44,396 bases of DNA from a virus (Duplodnaviria; Heunggongvirae; Uroviricota; Caudoviricetes). Below are positions 9,897-19,992 of the stretch, in pieces. The notes below the pieces were generated by a model. That model searched no databases, had not been told where the DNA came from, and saw only the letters and a program-made list of their open reading frames with translations. Every line of letters begins with the position of its first letter. The stretch's first letter is position 1. Made by a program: the position numbers and the translations under genes. The stretch is from the IMG/VR virus record IMGVR_UViG_3300028422_000701. One strand, 5' to 3'.

Positions 9897-10802
9897 TTAA
9901 GCAGCAGTTGTAAAGTTAATTACTACTGTATCTGTAGTTTGTCCATAAATGTCTGCTAAACTATATACTAATGTATATTGTGCAGTACCAGTTAAGGCTT
10001 CACTTGGTGTAATAGTTACTATCTTATATGTATTGTCTAATGTTAATGATGTTGCTATTTTACCAACTCCATCTTTTAATAAGAATACATTGTTTGCAGT
10101 AACATAACCACTATTAATTGCATTTGTTGATGTTAATGTAATAGCAGCAGTTTTACTTACGTCAGTAGCAGCATCAGCAACACTTGAAGTAATAGCAAAT
10201 GCTGGAGCAGCTTCAATTACATAAGTGAACCAAGTAGTTCCTTCTCCTGCGTATCCGTCTGATTCTTCATCAGCAGTTGCCATAATAATGTTTTCTTGGC
10301 GTCCGTTACCGAAGTTTTTAACATAATTTGTTGCAACGAATTGAGCTTTAATAGTTCCAGTTTGGAAGTTAACACTATCGTTTTTAGTTTCATTTGAACT
10401 TTCTGGTTCACTGAATCTACCTTTAAATAGTTTAACGTAACTGTAAGTACCATTGTCATATAGTTGTCTAAACATAATTGCAACATAAGGTGCATTGTAT
10501 GTACTTGTTCTATATTTAGTAGCTCCTGATTCAGCATAACCTAATAACTCTGTTAATAAGTCGTCAGGTAAGCTATCCTTTTCAATTTCTACGTCTACAG
10601 TTCCAACAACTGAGTATGAAATTGATGGTTTATTATCAGTGTATAATGTTTCAGTACTAACATTAGGAGTTATAGTAATTTTAATTAAGCCAGGAACTGC
10701 ATAAGGTGTTTCATATGAAATTGTACTTTCAGTATCTGTTATTAATTTTGCTATGTATAATTTATCTAATCCTATACGTACTTTACTTGTGTTTTTTGCC
10801 AT
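9897..10802 (-). CDS. major tail protein (phi13-like) with C-terminal Ig-like domain
   Basis: VRIGLDKLYIA, ETLYTDN, YVKLFKGRFSEPE motifs; C-terminal ITLTSTNAIN...VTITPSEAL...YTLV is Ig-like. Confidence 0.9.
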   Translation of the reverse strand: MAKNTSKVRIGLDKLYIAKLITDTESTISYETPYAVPGLIKITITPNVSTETLYTDNKPSISYSVVGTVDVEIEKDSLPDDLLTELLGYAESGATKYRTSTYNAPYVAIMFRQLYDNGTYSYVKLFKGRFSEPESSNETKNDSVNFQTGTIKAQFVATNYVKNFGNGRQENIIMATADEESDGYAGEGTTWFTYVIEAAPAFAITSSVADAATDVSKTAAITLTSTNAINSGYVTANNVFLLKDGVGKIATSLTLDNTYKIVTITPSEALTGTAQYTLVYSLADIYGQTTDTVVINFTTAA

Positions 10803-10819
10803 AAATATCTTTCCTCCTT

Positions 10820-11230
10820 TTAATTATTTATATTTACAGGTCTAGTATAGTACAATGAAGTACTATATATTTTTTCTTGTTGTTTGTTTTTATCAGATGA
10901 ATTGTCCTTATTATATCCGAGATTTATCATAACTACATCTAATGCTTCAGTTATTTGAAGTAATGTAATAGTACTAGTCATACTACTAGGTAACCATATA
11001 TCCAGCTCGAAAGTAACTAATTCCTTAACAGGTTTGTTATCTCTAAAAAATATATTTTTTCTTCCTTCAATGTTGTAAGTTAGTCTAGGAAAGTAACTAG
11101 TATCTTCGGTGTTATTATAAAGTTCAATGTCTGGAAAATATTCAGTTATTTTAGTTGTATCGTTACTAAAAAATGTCATTAAATCTGTATCAGTAGTTAA
11201 TGCCTTATACAATTCTTGTTTTATATTCAT
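10820..11230 (-). CDS. tail terminator protein
   Basis: position before major tail; FPRLTY...FELDIW pattern. Confidence 0.7.
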   Translation of the reverse strand: MNIKQELYKALTTDTDLMTFFSNDTTKITEYFPDIELYNNTEDTSYFPRLTYNIEGRKNIFFRDNKPVKELVTFELDIWLPSSMTSTITLLQITEALDVVMINLGYNKDNSSDKNKQQEKIYSTSLYYTRPVNINN

Positions 11231-11694
11231 TAATATTGTATATTAGTTATATATTCAATAGCAACCTTACGTAATCTTTTAGAATTTTTATAAACAGCTT
11301 GATAAAAGTAATATGTAGGACGTTGTCCGTAGGTAAACCAAAAGTCTCCATATCGGTCCATATAAACCCAACCATTAGGTCTTCCAACAGAAATAGTATT
11401 ATATATACCAGTACCATATTCAGGGTAACTAGCGTATTTAGAAGTGGAACCAACTTCTACTTTTAAAGCAGCCTTATTGGTTTTTCTATATATACTTTTG
11501 TATAAATCTCCACTATTAACTAAATCGTAGGATTTTATATTTGCTTTAACATCTTTCTTAATATTAGCCCCAAGTTCAACTAATGAATCATAAGTTGCAT
11601 TAGAAATTTTATTAAGGGTTCTATTAAGTACATATTTCATTGCTGTACTTGAATCTTGCCCAGATTCAGTTCTAAAGGAAACATTTGCTGACAT
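11230..11694 (-). CDS. HK97 gp10-like tail completion protein
   Basis: SGDLYKSI...EVGSTSKYASYPEYGTG...GQRPTYYFYQA motifs. Confidence 0.85.
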   Translation of the reverse strand: MSANVSFRTESGQDSSTAMKYVLNRTLNKISNATYDSLVELGANIKKDVKANIKSYDLVNSGDLYKSIYRKTNKAALKVEVGSTSKYASYPEYGTGIYNTISVGRPNGWVYMDRYGDFWFTYGQRPTYYFYQAVYKNSKRLRKVAIEYITNIQY

Positions 11695-12032
11695 TATTTA
11701 ACCATTGGTTCTAATGTACATTCCATAGTTGTTTTAAACCATGAAGCAATTTGTTTTATAACGTAAAGTTTATTATTAATAATAACTCTATCTCCTTCTT
11801 TAATATGTTCGTTGTAGTCTAAATACAAAGTGTTTATTATCCCAGTTGAAACTGTTCCAAATTCATCGTTTGTAATATAACCACTTTCCACTTGGAAATC
11901 ACAAGGTACAGTAGGGTAAACAACTATGTAATCACCTTTACTTAAAGTTCCCTCACTGTTTTGTGTAGGGGTACTTGCTTGTAATATATCACAAGTGTTA
12001 GTATAAACTAAAATACTATCTATACCGTACAT
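11694..12032 (-). CDS. head closure/head-tail adaptor
   Basis: synteny; IKEGDRVIINNKLYVI pattern. Confidence 0.7.
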   Translation of the reverse strand: MYGIDSILVYTNTCDILQASTPTQNSEGTLSKGDYIVVYPTVPCDFQVESGYITNDEFGTVSTGIINTLYLDYNEHIKEGDRVIINNKLYVIKQIASWFKTTMECTLEPMVK

Positions 12033-12034
12033 AT

Positions 12035-12298
12035 TTATTCCTCAGGTAATAGGCTTTTTAATTCTTCTACTGACATTGACTTATCATAATTTATATGTAA
12101 TTCATTTAATTTTGTCTGAATATCTTTTTTGGATGGTTTAACATCCTTTTTTATTTCATATTTAGTAATACAACCAAGTTGTAAATAAACTTTTGCAGTT
12201 TTTTCATCCAACATAATTGTACTTCCTTTTGTGTATACTTTTGTAGGTTCATCAATTTTTGTAATTGACATATCTTGTACAAATATATATTCTGTCAT
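12035..12298 (-). CDS. small head-tail region protein with HeH/LEM-like C-terminus
   Basis: KKDIQTKLNELHINYDKSMSVEELKSLL; synteny. Confidence 0.55.
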   Translation of the reverse strand: MTEYIFVQDMSITKIDEPTKVYTKGSTIMLDEKTAKVYLQLGCITKYEIKKDVKPSKKDIQTKLNELHINYDKSMSVEELKSLLPEE

Positions 12299-12309
12299 TC
12301 TATCACTCC

Positions 12310-12939
12310 TTATATGTATAAATTTTTATAAGTTTCAATAACTAACTTATCGTCATTACTTAAGTTACTATCATTATATGTAACACTAATTTTTCCTTGA
12401 CGTAATGCAGATATACCGTAATGTTTTCTATTTCTTACCATTTTAGCAATAGTTAAAGTTATAACTATGTCTTCTAAATCATAAGGTAACGTTCTAGGGT
12501 TTTCCTGTGTTGCGTCCTTAGGTAGTACATAACCATAAGTATATGTAACTTTATAACATAAACGTTTACCCACGCTATCCTCAGTTAATCCCGCTATATA
12601 ACCGCAGTTGTCCCACATGCTAGTACCATATATAAGACCTTTTTTAAATAATTTTAAGTCATCTAAGTAATCTGTAATTAAACTATCATTATGATAAATA
12701 CTTTCTACACTTAGTATAGGTCTATTGGATGTAATTAAATACTGTCCACCGCCGTTTAAATATTCAGTAGTAGTACCTTTACATAAATTGTAACCTATTT
12801 TTGATTGTATAAAATCACTGACTGCATTTATTTGTCGTATAATTTGGTTATCTTTACTTGTATCAGTATCAGCAATGCCTAGTTCATCTTTTATTGTTTC
12901 AACAGTTGTTAATGCATTGTTGGCTAATGTTTCATTCAT
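12310..12939 (-). CDS. head-tail connector (gp6-like)
   Basis: LTTVETIKDELGI, VTYTYGY, LPYDLE motifs; synteny. Confidence 0.8.
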   Translation of the reverse strand: MNETLANNALTTVETIKDELGIADTDTSKDNQIIRQINAVSDFIQSKIGYNLCKGTTTEYLNGGGQYLITSNRPILSVESIYHNDSLITDYLDDLKLFKKGLIYGTSMWDNCGYIAGLTEDSVGKRLCYKVTYTYGYVLPKDATQENPRTLPYDLEDIVITLTIAKMVRNRKHYGISALRQGKISVTYNDSNLSNDDKLVIETYKNLYI

Positions 12940-12977
12940 TGCTTCACTCTCCTTTATACATAAAGCTAGTGGAGGAA

Positions 12978-13157
12978 TTATTTTCCACTTAATTTAGTTT
13001 TTATTTGTTCTATAATAAGAAGTTTAGAACTAACGTTATTTAAAATAATTCCTTTATCCTTAGCATATTTTATAAGTTGTTTTTTAGTTAATTTTGAAAG
13101 TTCTAAAGTGTTAATAATTCTATTACTTTCAATACCCTGTATAGTTCTTGTTATCAT
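12978..13157 (-). CDS. 59-aa Rho-N/HeH-like small protein
   Basis: hand-translated MITRTIQG...LSKLTKKQLIKYAKDKGIIL; weak RBS. Confidence 0.45.
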   Translation of the reverse strand: MITRTIQGIESNRIINTLELSKLTKKQLIKYAKDKGIILNNVSSKLLIIEQIKTKLSGK

Positions 13158-13172
13158 ATAGGTTAAAATTTA

Positions 13173-13502
13173 CTAAACTTTATCGTTGTAAATTTTGTCC
13201 CCTAATCCAAGAGCTACTAATGTTGCATCAGTTGCAGTAAACTTAACATATTTACCTAAACTTCTAACGTTTAAGTCGTATGTTAATTCTACAGTTCCTG
13301 CAGTTGCATTTTCGTATGAAATTGTGTCGTAAGTTTTGTAAGTTCCACCAACAGTGTCACAGTATGAAATTACAACTGAACCTGTTTTTGTAGTAGCAAC
13401 AGTAATAAGTAACATAGCTGATTCGTAGTTACTAACATCTTCTGCTACACCGCTTTCAATTACTTTTAAAGCGTGAGTTAATTTTGAATAATTCATTTTC
13501 AT
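13173..13502 (-). CDS. capsid-associated hypothetical protein (possible decoration protein)
   Basis: first gene after major capsid, AGGAGG RBS. Confidence 0.5.
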   Translation of the reverse strand: MKMNYSKLTHALKVIESGVAEDVSNYESAMLLITVATTKTGSVVISYCDTVGGTYKTYDTISYENATAGTVELTYDLNVRSLGKYVKFTATDATLVALGLGDKIYNDKV

Positions 13503-13552
13503 TTTTATTCCTCCTTATTTGTTATTATATGTATGAATTTTATAATAGTAAT

Positions 13553-13580
13553 ATAGGAGTGGGTAACCCCACTCTCTATA
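13553..13580 (-). terminator. hairpin/terminator after major capsid gene
   Basis: GAGTGGG/CCCACTC stem. Confidence 0.55.
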
Positions 13581-13599
13581 CTTTTAATTAAATTATTGA

Positions 13600-14787
13600 T
13601 TAGGCAACTGTGTAGAAATTAAATACTACGAATGCTTCACCACGAGCTAATTTAATGTCGTGTTTCATGATACCTCTAAATACAGTAAAGTCTGATGTAA
13701 AGGCATTAATAACTTTTCCGTCAGTGTCTGTAAATGTAGTTGATTTGTCTAAGTCAAATTCAAAGTTGTATTCTTCTCCAACCCATACTTCATTCCATTT
13801 TCCTAAGAAAACGTCAGTCTTAACATTGTTAGTAGTATCACTTGGTATTTGGTTACTTACTAAACATTTACGTCCTAGTAATGTACCCATAGTTGTTAAT
13901 TCAGTATTAACATGACCTTCGTCTGCAACAACTTCGTTAACTAATGCTAACCAAGCGTCCCAGTTAATTGCAAATCCAATTGAAGCGTCGTTTACATTGA
14001 TATTTTTCTTACCAAGTTTTGCTAACATTTCATATAATGCAGCTCTTGTAATAACAGCAGTTTTAGCAGTGTATTGAATACCGTCAGTATTTCTAATACC
14101 TAATGGTTGGTCTTCTCCACCAGTACCATATAATAATGCGTAGTCCATAGTTTGAACCATAGATTCCATCATTGTATCTCTTAAAATAACGTCTGCTTGG
14201 TATGTGTTAGTTCTTAGTAAGTCATTTGATATAGCAGTTAAACTCATTAATTTTTTAGAACTTAATTTAATACGTCCAATTTTAATGTCTGAGAAGTCTG
14301 CAGCTCCACCTTCTGGAATATATTGAGCAGTTAATTTACCGATTAGTTTGTTAACTGATAAGTTTCCTCTTGGCATTGGAACAATTTTAGCTCCCATAGC
14401 TTTAACTACTGTTAAGTTGTAAAGTAATTCAATGAAATCAGCACTAAATTCTTCTGGAATTAAGAATGATCCTTGGTTACCTTCCATTAAAGCTTTTTCA
14501 GTAGCTTCGATTTCTTTAACAAATGATGTGTCTTTTGCGTAAGAATCTTTTAAATACTTAACAGCAAATGTTGATGGGTTAGCTCCTTTTGCAGCGGCTT
14601 CTTGAGCAAGTATTTGTGCTTTAACGCAACGTGCGAATGCGATACCTTTCATATCACGATCTTTGTTTTGTTCAATTGATTTAGTAGTTTCTAATAGCAT
14701 GTCAGCATATTTTGATTCTAATGATTTCATGTTATCAGTAACTGTTGATTTAATTTCGTTTAGTAATTCTTCTTTATTTATGTCCAT
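13600..14787 (-). CDS. major capsid protein, HK97 fold
   Basis: GSFLIPEEFS, LYGTGGEDQPLGI, TLLGRKCLVS, VFLGKW motifs; N-terminal delta-like coiled coil. Confidence 0.95.
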   Translation of the reverse strand: MDINKEELLNEIKSTVTDNMKSLESKYADMLLETTKSIEQNKDRDMKGIAFARCVKAQILAQEAAAKGANPSTFAVKYLKDSYAKDTSFVKEIEATEKALMEGNQGSFLIPEEFSADFIELLYNLTVVKAMGAKIVPMPRGNLSVNKLIGKLTAQYIPEGGAADFSDIKIGRIKLSSKKLMSLTAISNDLLRTNTYQADVILRDTMMESMVQTMDYALLYGTGGEDQPLGIRNTDGIQYTAKTAVITRAALYEMLAKLGKKNINVNDASIGFAINWDAWLALVNEVVADEGHVNTELTTMGTLLGRKCLVSNQIPSDTTNNVKTDVFLGKWNEVWVGEEYNFEFDLDKSTTFTDTDGKVINAFTSDFTVFRGIMKHDIKLARGEAFVVFNFYTVA

Positions 14788-14809
14788 AATTTTTCCTCCT
14801 TATAAATTA

Positions 14810-15727
14810 TTACTTTAAAAAGTTTTGTATTGTTTCTACGATAGCACTTTTAACACTTTCAATGTCTAAAGTTTTGTCTTCCGTAGGTTCTTCTACTACT
14901 GGTTCTACAGTAGGTTCTTCAGTAGGTTGTACTACTGGTTCCTCATTTGAATCTTCTTGCACATTTTCAGATTCTATAGGTTGTGGGTTTACCACATCTG
15001 TAACTTGCTCTGGGTCTTTATCTTTATCTTCTTGTTCAGAAGATTCAATTGATTCTAATGATTTTGAAGCTAATGTTTTAATTTCTACTAAAGCATCTTT
15101 TAATTCTTTAACTTTTGCCATTGCTTCATCTGTATCTATGTTAACTTTTATGTTAATGTCTTGATTTTTCATTGTATTGTCCTCCTTATCTTGTTCTTCG
15201 CTTTCTTTTAACATTTTTTTGTAAGCACTTAAATCGTTATCACTAACAATACCCTTACTATATGCTAATTGTAAAGCTTCTGAATTTGCAGGAACTGGTA
15301 CGGCTGATAATTCAAGTAATTCTTGTCTGTCACTTATAAAAGTATCCTCGTCAAAGTGCCATTCTTTAATCATAAAACCAACACTTGTAGCATTTAAAAA
15401 TCCACCTTTGTATAAGTTATATACAGTTTTTGCAAATTCATATTCTTCAGTTGCAAATTGAATGTCAAATACTAAGGCTTTTTTAGTTGGGTCAATACCT
15501 ACGTTAGTAGCTTTACCTATTGGTAATGAATGACTATCGTGTGCCCATAAAAATACAGGGTTTTTTAAATAATTTTCAAGTTCCCATCCATCAACTTTAA
15601 CTATATCTCCTTGACGATCTTTTGTTTCTGTTGAACCAATAAAACGTAATGTTCTTTCGTCTAATTCTTTTATTTTAAAGTTGTATTCTGATGATTTGGT
15701 CTTTAAATTGTTTTCCTTGTTTTTCAT
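14810..15727 (-). CDS. HK97-family prohead protease
   Basis: DRQGDIV, NPVFLWAHD, GFLNATSVGF, LLELSAVPVPAN motifs. Confidence 0.95.
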   Translation of the reverse strand: MKNKENNLKTKSSEYNFKIKELDERTLRFIGSTETKDRQGDIVKVDGWELENYLKNPVFLWAHDSHSLPIGKATNVGIDPTKKALVFDIQFATEEYEFAKTVYNLYKGGFLNATSVGFMIKEWHFDEDTFISDRQELLELSAVPVPANSEALQLAYSKGIVSDNDLSAYKKMLKESEEQDKEDNTMKNQDINIKVNIDTDEAMAKVKELKDALVEIKTLASKSLESIESSEQEDKDKDPEQVTDVVNPQPIESENVQEDSNEEPVVQPTEEPTVEPVVEEPTEDKTLDIESVKSAIVETIQNFLK

Positions 15728-17111
15728 CTATACCTTCACCTCCTTGGTTGTTTTTATTACTGTCGTCGTTTGGATCTTTTGGATCTGTGTCATTAGAATC
15801 GTCAGTATTTTGTTGATCATCACTTTGATCGTCTATATTGTCTGTTGCAGGATCCTCAGTATCCTCTGCTCCAGTAATAAACTGTTTTGTTTTTATATTA
15901 TAAAATTGTTTTTTAGTAGGTAATATTAATGCATCACCCATTTCACAGTCAGCAGCTAAAGGTTGTCTTCCTGTTTCAATTCTATATTCGTTTATGGTAA
16001 TTCCTCCACGGTCTAATCCTTCGTTTGCACGCTTAAGTTCAAATTCTTTATCTTCTATTGTTTTACGTTCAAATCTAAAAACTAAATTTTCTGAATTTTT
16101 GTATAATGATAATAATTGGTGAGTAATTGCTTCTTCAAATTCTACAAATTGTGGTTCAAGTACCTCATTTATATAAATGTCACGAGCAGCAACAACTGTT
16201 GCTTTATTACTATTTTCAACATTACCCATTATTTCAGGTGGTATACCAAAATGTTGCATTGCTAAGTCTCTATAAAATTTTCTTGATTCAATAAAGTCCA
16301 TTTCTTTGTTAGTACTATTTAATACGTGTACTTTTGCTTCCCAGTTTAAGAAAGCAGCTTTATTACTATTTGTAAGTCCCCCAAATTTTTGAACCCATCT
16401 TTTTTCAAGGTTTTCAATATTATCGTCACTTGTTCCATCTGGAGCAGTAACTATAATGTTTGGTGTTGCATCGTTAAAAAAGAATCTTTTAGCAAATTTT
16501 GCCATGTATTCATCTGTTTCAAGTTCATCACCAATTTGTTCCACCCTACCAATACCACGTCCAATAGGATTTAGTGGGTCTGGATTTTTACGGTAAAACA
16601 TATCTTCTTCATTTACTTCAATACGGTTAGAACTACTTTTTAATTCTACTATGTAAGTGTTTCTTTCCTTTTTAGGTAATTCTTTTATCCAATCAGGTGG
16701 TAAAAACCATAAAAATGTAGGTTCACCGCTTTTATTTTTTTCTATTAAAGCAAAACTTTCTCCACGTACTAAAAAATGTACTTGAGATAAGTATAAATCA
16801 GCACTACCTGTTGTATGATAAACATTATTTGGTTGTTCATACAACATTTTAATTAATGGGTGGTTAGGTACTAATGTTAATTGTCCATTTCTAGATTTTC
16901 TATATACGTTACCACGTTTTGTACTTATATCACGGGACATCTTAGTAACTGGAGCCATACGTGGGCTTGTGTTATAAGTCTTTAACCAGTCTTCACCGTT
17001 TCTTTTTGGTGGTTCCCCACGTAAAGGTTGCATAATATCTCCTAAATATTTTTTAGTAAACCTTTTTTCTACTGTTGGTACACCAAAGAGTTTTAAAAAT
17101 GTATTATTCAT
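15675..17111 (-). CDS. HK97-family portal protein
   Basis: GESFALI, FFFNDATP, FGIPPEIMG, GITINEYR motifs; acidic tail. Confidence 0.95.
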   Translation of the reverse strand: MNNTFLKLFGVPTVEKRFTKKYLGDIMQPLRGEPPKRNGEDWLKTYNTSPRMAPVTKMSRDISTKRGNVYRKSRNGQLTLVPNHPLIKMLYEQPNNVYHTTGSADLYLSQVHFLVRGESFALIEKNKSGEPTFLWFLPPDWIKELPKKERNTYIVELKSSSNRIEVNEEDMFYRKNPDPLNPIGRGIGRVEQIGDELETDEYMAKFAKRFFFNDATPNIIVTAPDGTSDDNIENLEKRWVQKFGGLTNSNKAAFLNWEAKVHVLNSTNKEMDFIESRKFYRDLAMQHFGIPPEIMGNVENSNKATVVAARDIYINEVLEPQFVEFEEAITHQLLSLYKNSENLVFRFERKTIEDKEFELKRANEGLDRGGITINEYRIETGRQPLAADCEMGDALILPTKKQFYNIKTKQFITGAEDTEDPATDNIDDQSDDQQNTDDSNDTDPKDPNDDSNKNNQGGEGIDEKQGKQFKDQIIRIQL

Positions 17112-17295
17112 TTCTTTCCTCCTTATTTAGAAGATTCCTTTCACTTTTATCATAAGTAACTAATATGGTTTTATAAGCATCAATGTATGCTTTAACCTTA
17201 GCTTCTTCTATTTTATTTAATTGTTCTGTAAGTAATTTTTGTTCCCATCTTTGTATAGATGTTAATAAGTTTAACCTAAAATTATCATTTTTCAT
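17104..17295 (-). CDS. hypothetical protein
   Basis: ORF between terL and portal with overlapping stop/start. Confidence 0.55.
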   Translation of the reverse strand: MKNDNFRLNLLTSIQRWEQKLLTEQLNKIEEAKVKAYIDAYKTILVTYDKSERNLLNKEERNE

Positions 17296-17316
17296 ATTAT
17301 TTTAAATACCAATAAA

Positions 17317-18897
17317 CTAAAATATTTTTAGTTCTTTTGATATAGCTCCTTTCGTAACATATATTTGTCTACATCCTTGACTGAATGAGTCGCAGAAGTC
17401 ATCGTGTTGTACGTAAGGAAATCTAGTTAAATCATTTAAAGCATCTTCTACCCAATAGTAACGTGTTATCATATCGCTTGTGTCAATACTAGGTATGTAA
17501 ACATTTCCAGCTTCCACATAAGGTGAAATACTATTCATTCTACTATATTTATCCTCTTCAGGAGTAATTGGTAAAATACCCGGAATTGTACTTTGTAATG
17601 TTTCTATAATGGCAGGTCCATTTGCTTTATCTTCCACTAATATTACTATTGGAATATTAGCTCCATATTCAATAAATATTTTCTGCCATTTCTCTCTCAT
17701 ATCGTCAACTGCGTCTAATGTATCTAAGAATCCAACTTGTTTTTTAAAGTAATCTACTAAATACGTTGTAACACCGTTTGTTAATAACACGGCACAAGCA
17801 ACGTAGTCAGCAGTTTGTTTACCTTTAAAACTCATGTCCCAACTTTGGTATAATTTCCATTCTTTTGGAGCAAAACCAGTATTATAAAAAGGTAATACTT
17901 TCCATTTTTTAAACCAAAAACGTTGTAACAAACTTCCCCCCTCAGGAGCCGGATCTTGTAGGTACTGTGACTCGTAAGTTCTTGTACCTTGTTCTTTTTT
18001 AGTTTGTTCTATCCAACTTTTTGGCATTCTTTCTTTCCATAAAGATTCGTTGGCTCTAAATAAATATTGTTTCTTAGTAATTGGTCCAGTATACACAATA
18101 TCATGGTCAGTTGTTACTGGTAAAACTATAAACTTGTAAAAGTCTTTATAGTTCTCTATAATAAATCCACTTGCGTCATTGTAATGTAATCTTTGTTGTA
18201 TATTTACAATAACACCTGTAGAATAATTATTTAAACGTGATGGTAATGTCTGTCTAATAAAGTCAATAACTGATTTTCTATCTGCTTCTGACTCAGCCAT
18301 TCTTGGGTTTTGAATATCATCTAGGAATATCATATCCCCACCTTTTCCGGTTAATGTACCACCGATAGAGGTACTAAACATACTACCTTGTGCAGTGTTT
18401 TCAAAAAAGGTTTTGGTATTTTGTTCTTCCTTTAGTTTAACTATATGACCCCAGTTTGCTTGATACCAGTCACTTTCAATTATTTCTCTTCTTTTTTTGT
18501 TTAATTCCATTGATAGGTCACTACTGTACGAAACTGTAATAAATTTTTTACTTGGACAATGTATCCAAACCCAACAAGGAAATATAACATTAATAAACAA
18601 ACTTTTCATTGTACGTGGAGGAATGTTAATATTAACACGGTAAACAAGTTCCGTTTCACAAATTGATTCAACTTCTTCTTTACTATATCCTATTGCTTCT
18701 CCTAAATCACGTAAAACTAATAGCACTAATTCTTCTTCTAAATAGTGTAAGTGCCAGTTGTCACTAAATTCAGTTCCTGGCTCTATAACTTTCCAGGCCT
18801 GTCTTGTAAATTCTAACAAATTCTTTTCTGCTAAAATCTTTTCTATTACTTCAATTCCACCATTATCTTTTAAATACTGAACTAAATCTTTATCCAT
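17317..18897 (-). CDS. terL: terminase large subunit
   Basis: Walker A-like INIPPRTMKS, Walker B IFLDDIQNP, nuclease SWDMSFK, EDKANG and HDDFCDS. Confidence 0.95.
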   Translation of the reverse strand: MDKDLVQYLKDNGGIEVIEKILAEKNLLEFTRQAWKVIEPGTEFSDNWHLHYLEEELVLLVLRDLGEAIGYSKEEVESICETELVYRVNINIPPRTMKSLFINVIFPCWVWIHCPSKKFITVSYSSDLSMELNKKRREIIESDWYQANWGHIVKLKEEQNTKTFFENTAQGSMFSTSIGGTLTGKGGDMIFLDDIQNPRMAESEADRKSVIDFIRQTLPSRLNNYSTGVIVNIQQRLHYNDASGFIIENYKDFYKFIVLPVTTDHDIVYTGPITKKQYLFRANESLWKERMPKSWIEQTKKEQGTRTYESQYLQDPAPEGGSLLQRFWFKKWKVLPFYNTGFAPKEWKLYQSWDMSFKGKQTADYVACAVLLTNGVTTYLVDYFKKQVGFLDTLDAVDDMREKWQKIFIEYGANIPIVILVEDKANGPAIIETLQSTIPGILPITPEEDKYSRMNSISPYVEAGNVYIPSIDTSDMITRYYWVEDALNDLTRFPYVQHDDFCDSFSQGCRQIYVTKGAISKELKIF

Positions 18898-19496
18898 TAA
18901 CTACCCATTTCATCTTTAGCTTCATTTTTTAAAGTTATAAGTAGTGTTTTTAAATCGTCAGTAGATAATTGTTGTAATTGTTGTACATTTGTGTTTATGG
19001 TAGTTGTTTTTGCTACCTCAGTTTTATTTTTCCATTGTTCTGAACGAACATTAGTAAGTGCAAATTTTAACATTGCTCCATTTCCACGTGCATGTTTTCT
19101 AAGTTCTACAATTTCACCTGTTTTCTTATTAACATCTTCTTCTGTATAATCATAACCTTTGGCTTCTTGATACATACTTGTTTCAAGACTGTCCGCTAAT
19201 AGTTCATTTCCAAAATCATATGCTTCTTTTAATTCAGGTATTGTGTTTTTGTAGTGTAAAAATATACTAGAACTAATATCTAATATTTTTGCTATCTGTG
19301 CAACATTCATACCATTTTCACGATATTTAGTAATGTCTTGTAGATAAGGTCTTACCTTGCGTTCATAAGTTATAGTGTAAGGATTAGCATTCTTAGGATC
19401 TAACGAAGGTGCTAAGTCTAAGTTTACATTAATAAGTTCCCCACTATCAGGATCTATAACTTCAGTTGTAATAAAATCTTTAGGATTTCTTTTCAT
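18897..19496 (-). CDS. terS: terminase small subunit
   Basis: upstream of terL; HTH (GMNVAQIAKILDIS), GYDYTEE and FALTNVRSEQWKNK motifs. Confidence 0.85.
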   Translation of the reverse strand: MKRNPKDFITTEVIDPDSGELINVNLDLAPSLDPKNANPYTITYERKVRPYLQDITKYRENGMNVAQIAKILDISSSIFLHYKNTIPELKEAYDFGNELLADSLETSMYQEAKGYDYTEEDVNKKTGEIVELRKHARGNGAMLKFALTNVRSEQWKNKTEVAKTTTINTNVQQLQQLSTDDLKTLLITLKNEAKDEMGS

Positions 19497-19553
19497 TTAC
19501 TCACCCTCCTAGATAGGTAAGCGTAATATGGGTTATATTTTATTTATACATAC

Positions 19554-19582
19554 ATTATAACACATATTGAATAAAAAGTCAA
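19554..19582 (-). promoter_or_regulatory. sigmaA-type promoter of the virion operon
   Basis: TTGACT-17-TATAAT with extended TG. Confidence 0.75.
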
Positions 19583-19634
19583 GTGTTTTTGACAAATTTC
19601 TCAAACTTTTTTATTTACATTTGTTTACAGTTGC

Positions 19635-19784
19635 TCCATTTGGGGTTAGGCGTTCCATTTGGGGTTATGCCCCCTTTTGTTACCCCAAAAAGAGGTTTTT
19701 GACTTTATAACATAGGCGCTAACAAGTTTTATTAAAAATTAACCTCTTCCATTTGGGGTTAGGCGTTCCATTTGGGGTTATGCC
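19635..19784. repeat. four TCCATTTGGGGTTA iterons forming two identical 37-bp pairs
   Basis: copies at 19635, 19654, 19748 and 19767. Confidence 0.9.
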
Positions 19785-19944
19785 GCCTGAACCCTTTATT
19801 TATAAAGGTAAATCCCTAAGATGTAAATATAATGTAAACACTAAAAACTCACTATATATATATATTATAATAAGTATATTAGTATAATAAGTATATTACT
19901 AGTTACTAGGGTTACTAGGGAAAATTTCGTTTTTAAAATTTCAC

Positions 19945-19973
19945 TTTACTTTTTTAGTATATCGTTGTATAAT
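19945..19973 (+). promoter_or_regulatory. sigmaA-type promoter
   Basis: TTTACT-17-TATAAT. Confidence 0.6.
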
Positions 19974-19992
19974 ATATTTACGAGGTGGTAGT

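Noticed and set aside
1514-15164. Plus-strand ORFs opposite structural genes (e.g. 1514, 1772, 2759, 3278, 4597, 5578, 6868, 9553, 13655, 14862)
   Set aside because: Antisense shadows of well-supported minus-strand genes; no RBS and composition mirrors the sense codons.
19635-19784. CRISPR-like array
   Set aside because: Spacers are 5 bp and identical between pairs; the layout fits iterons.
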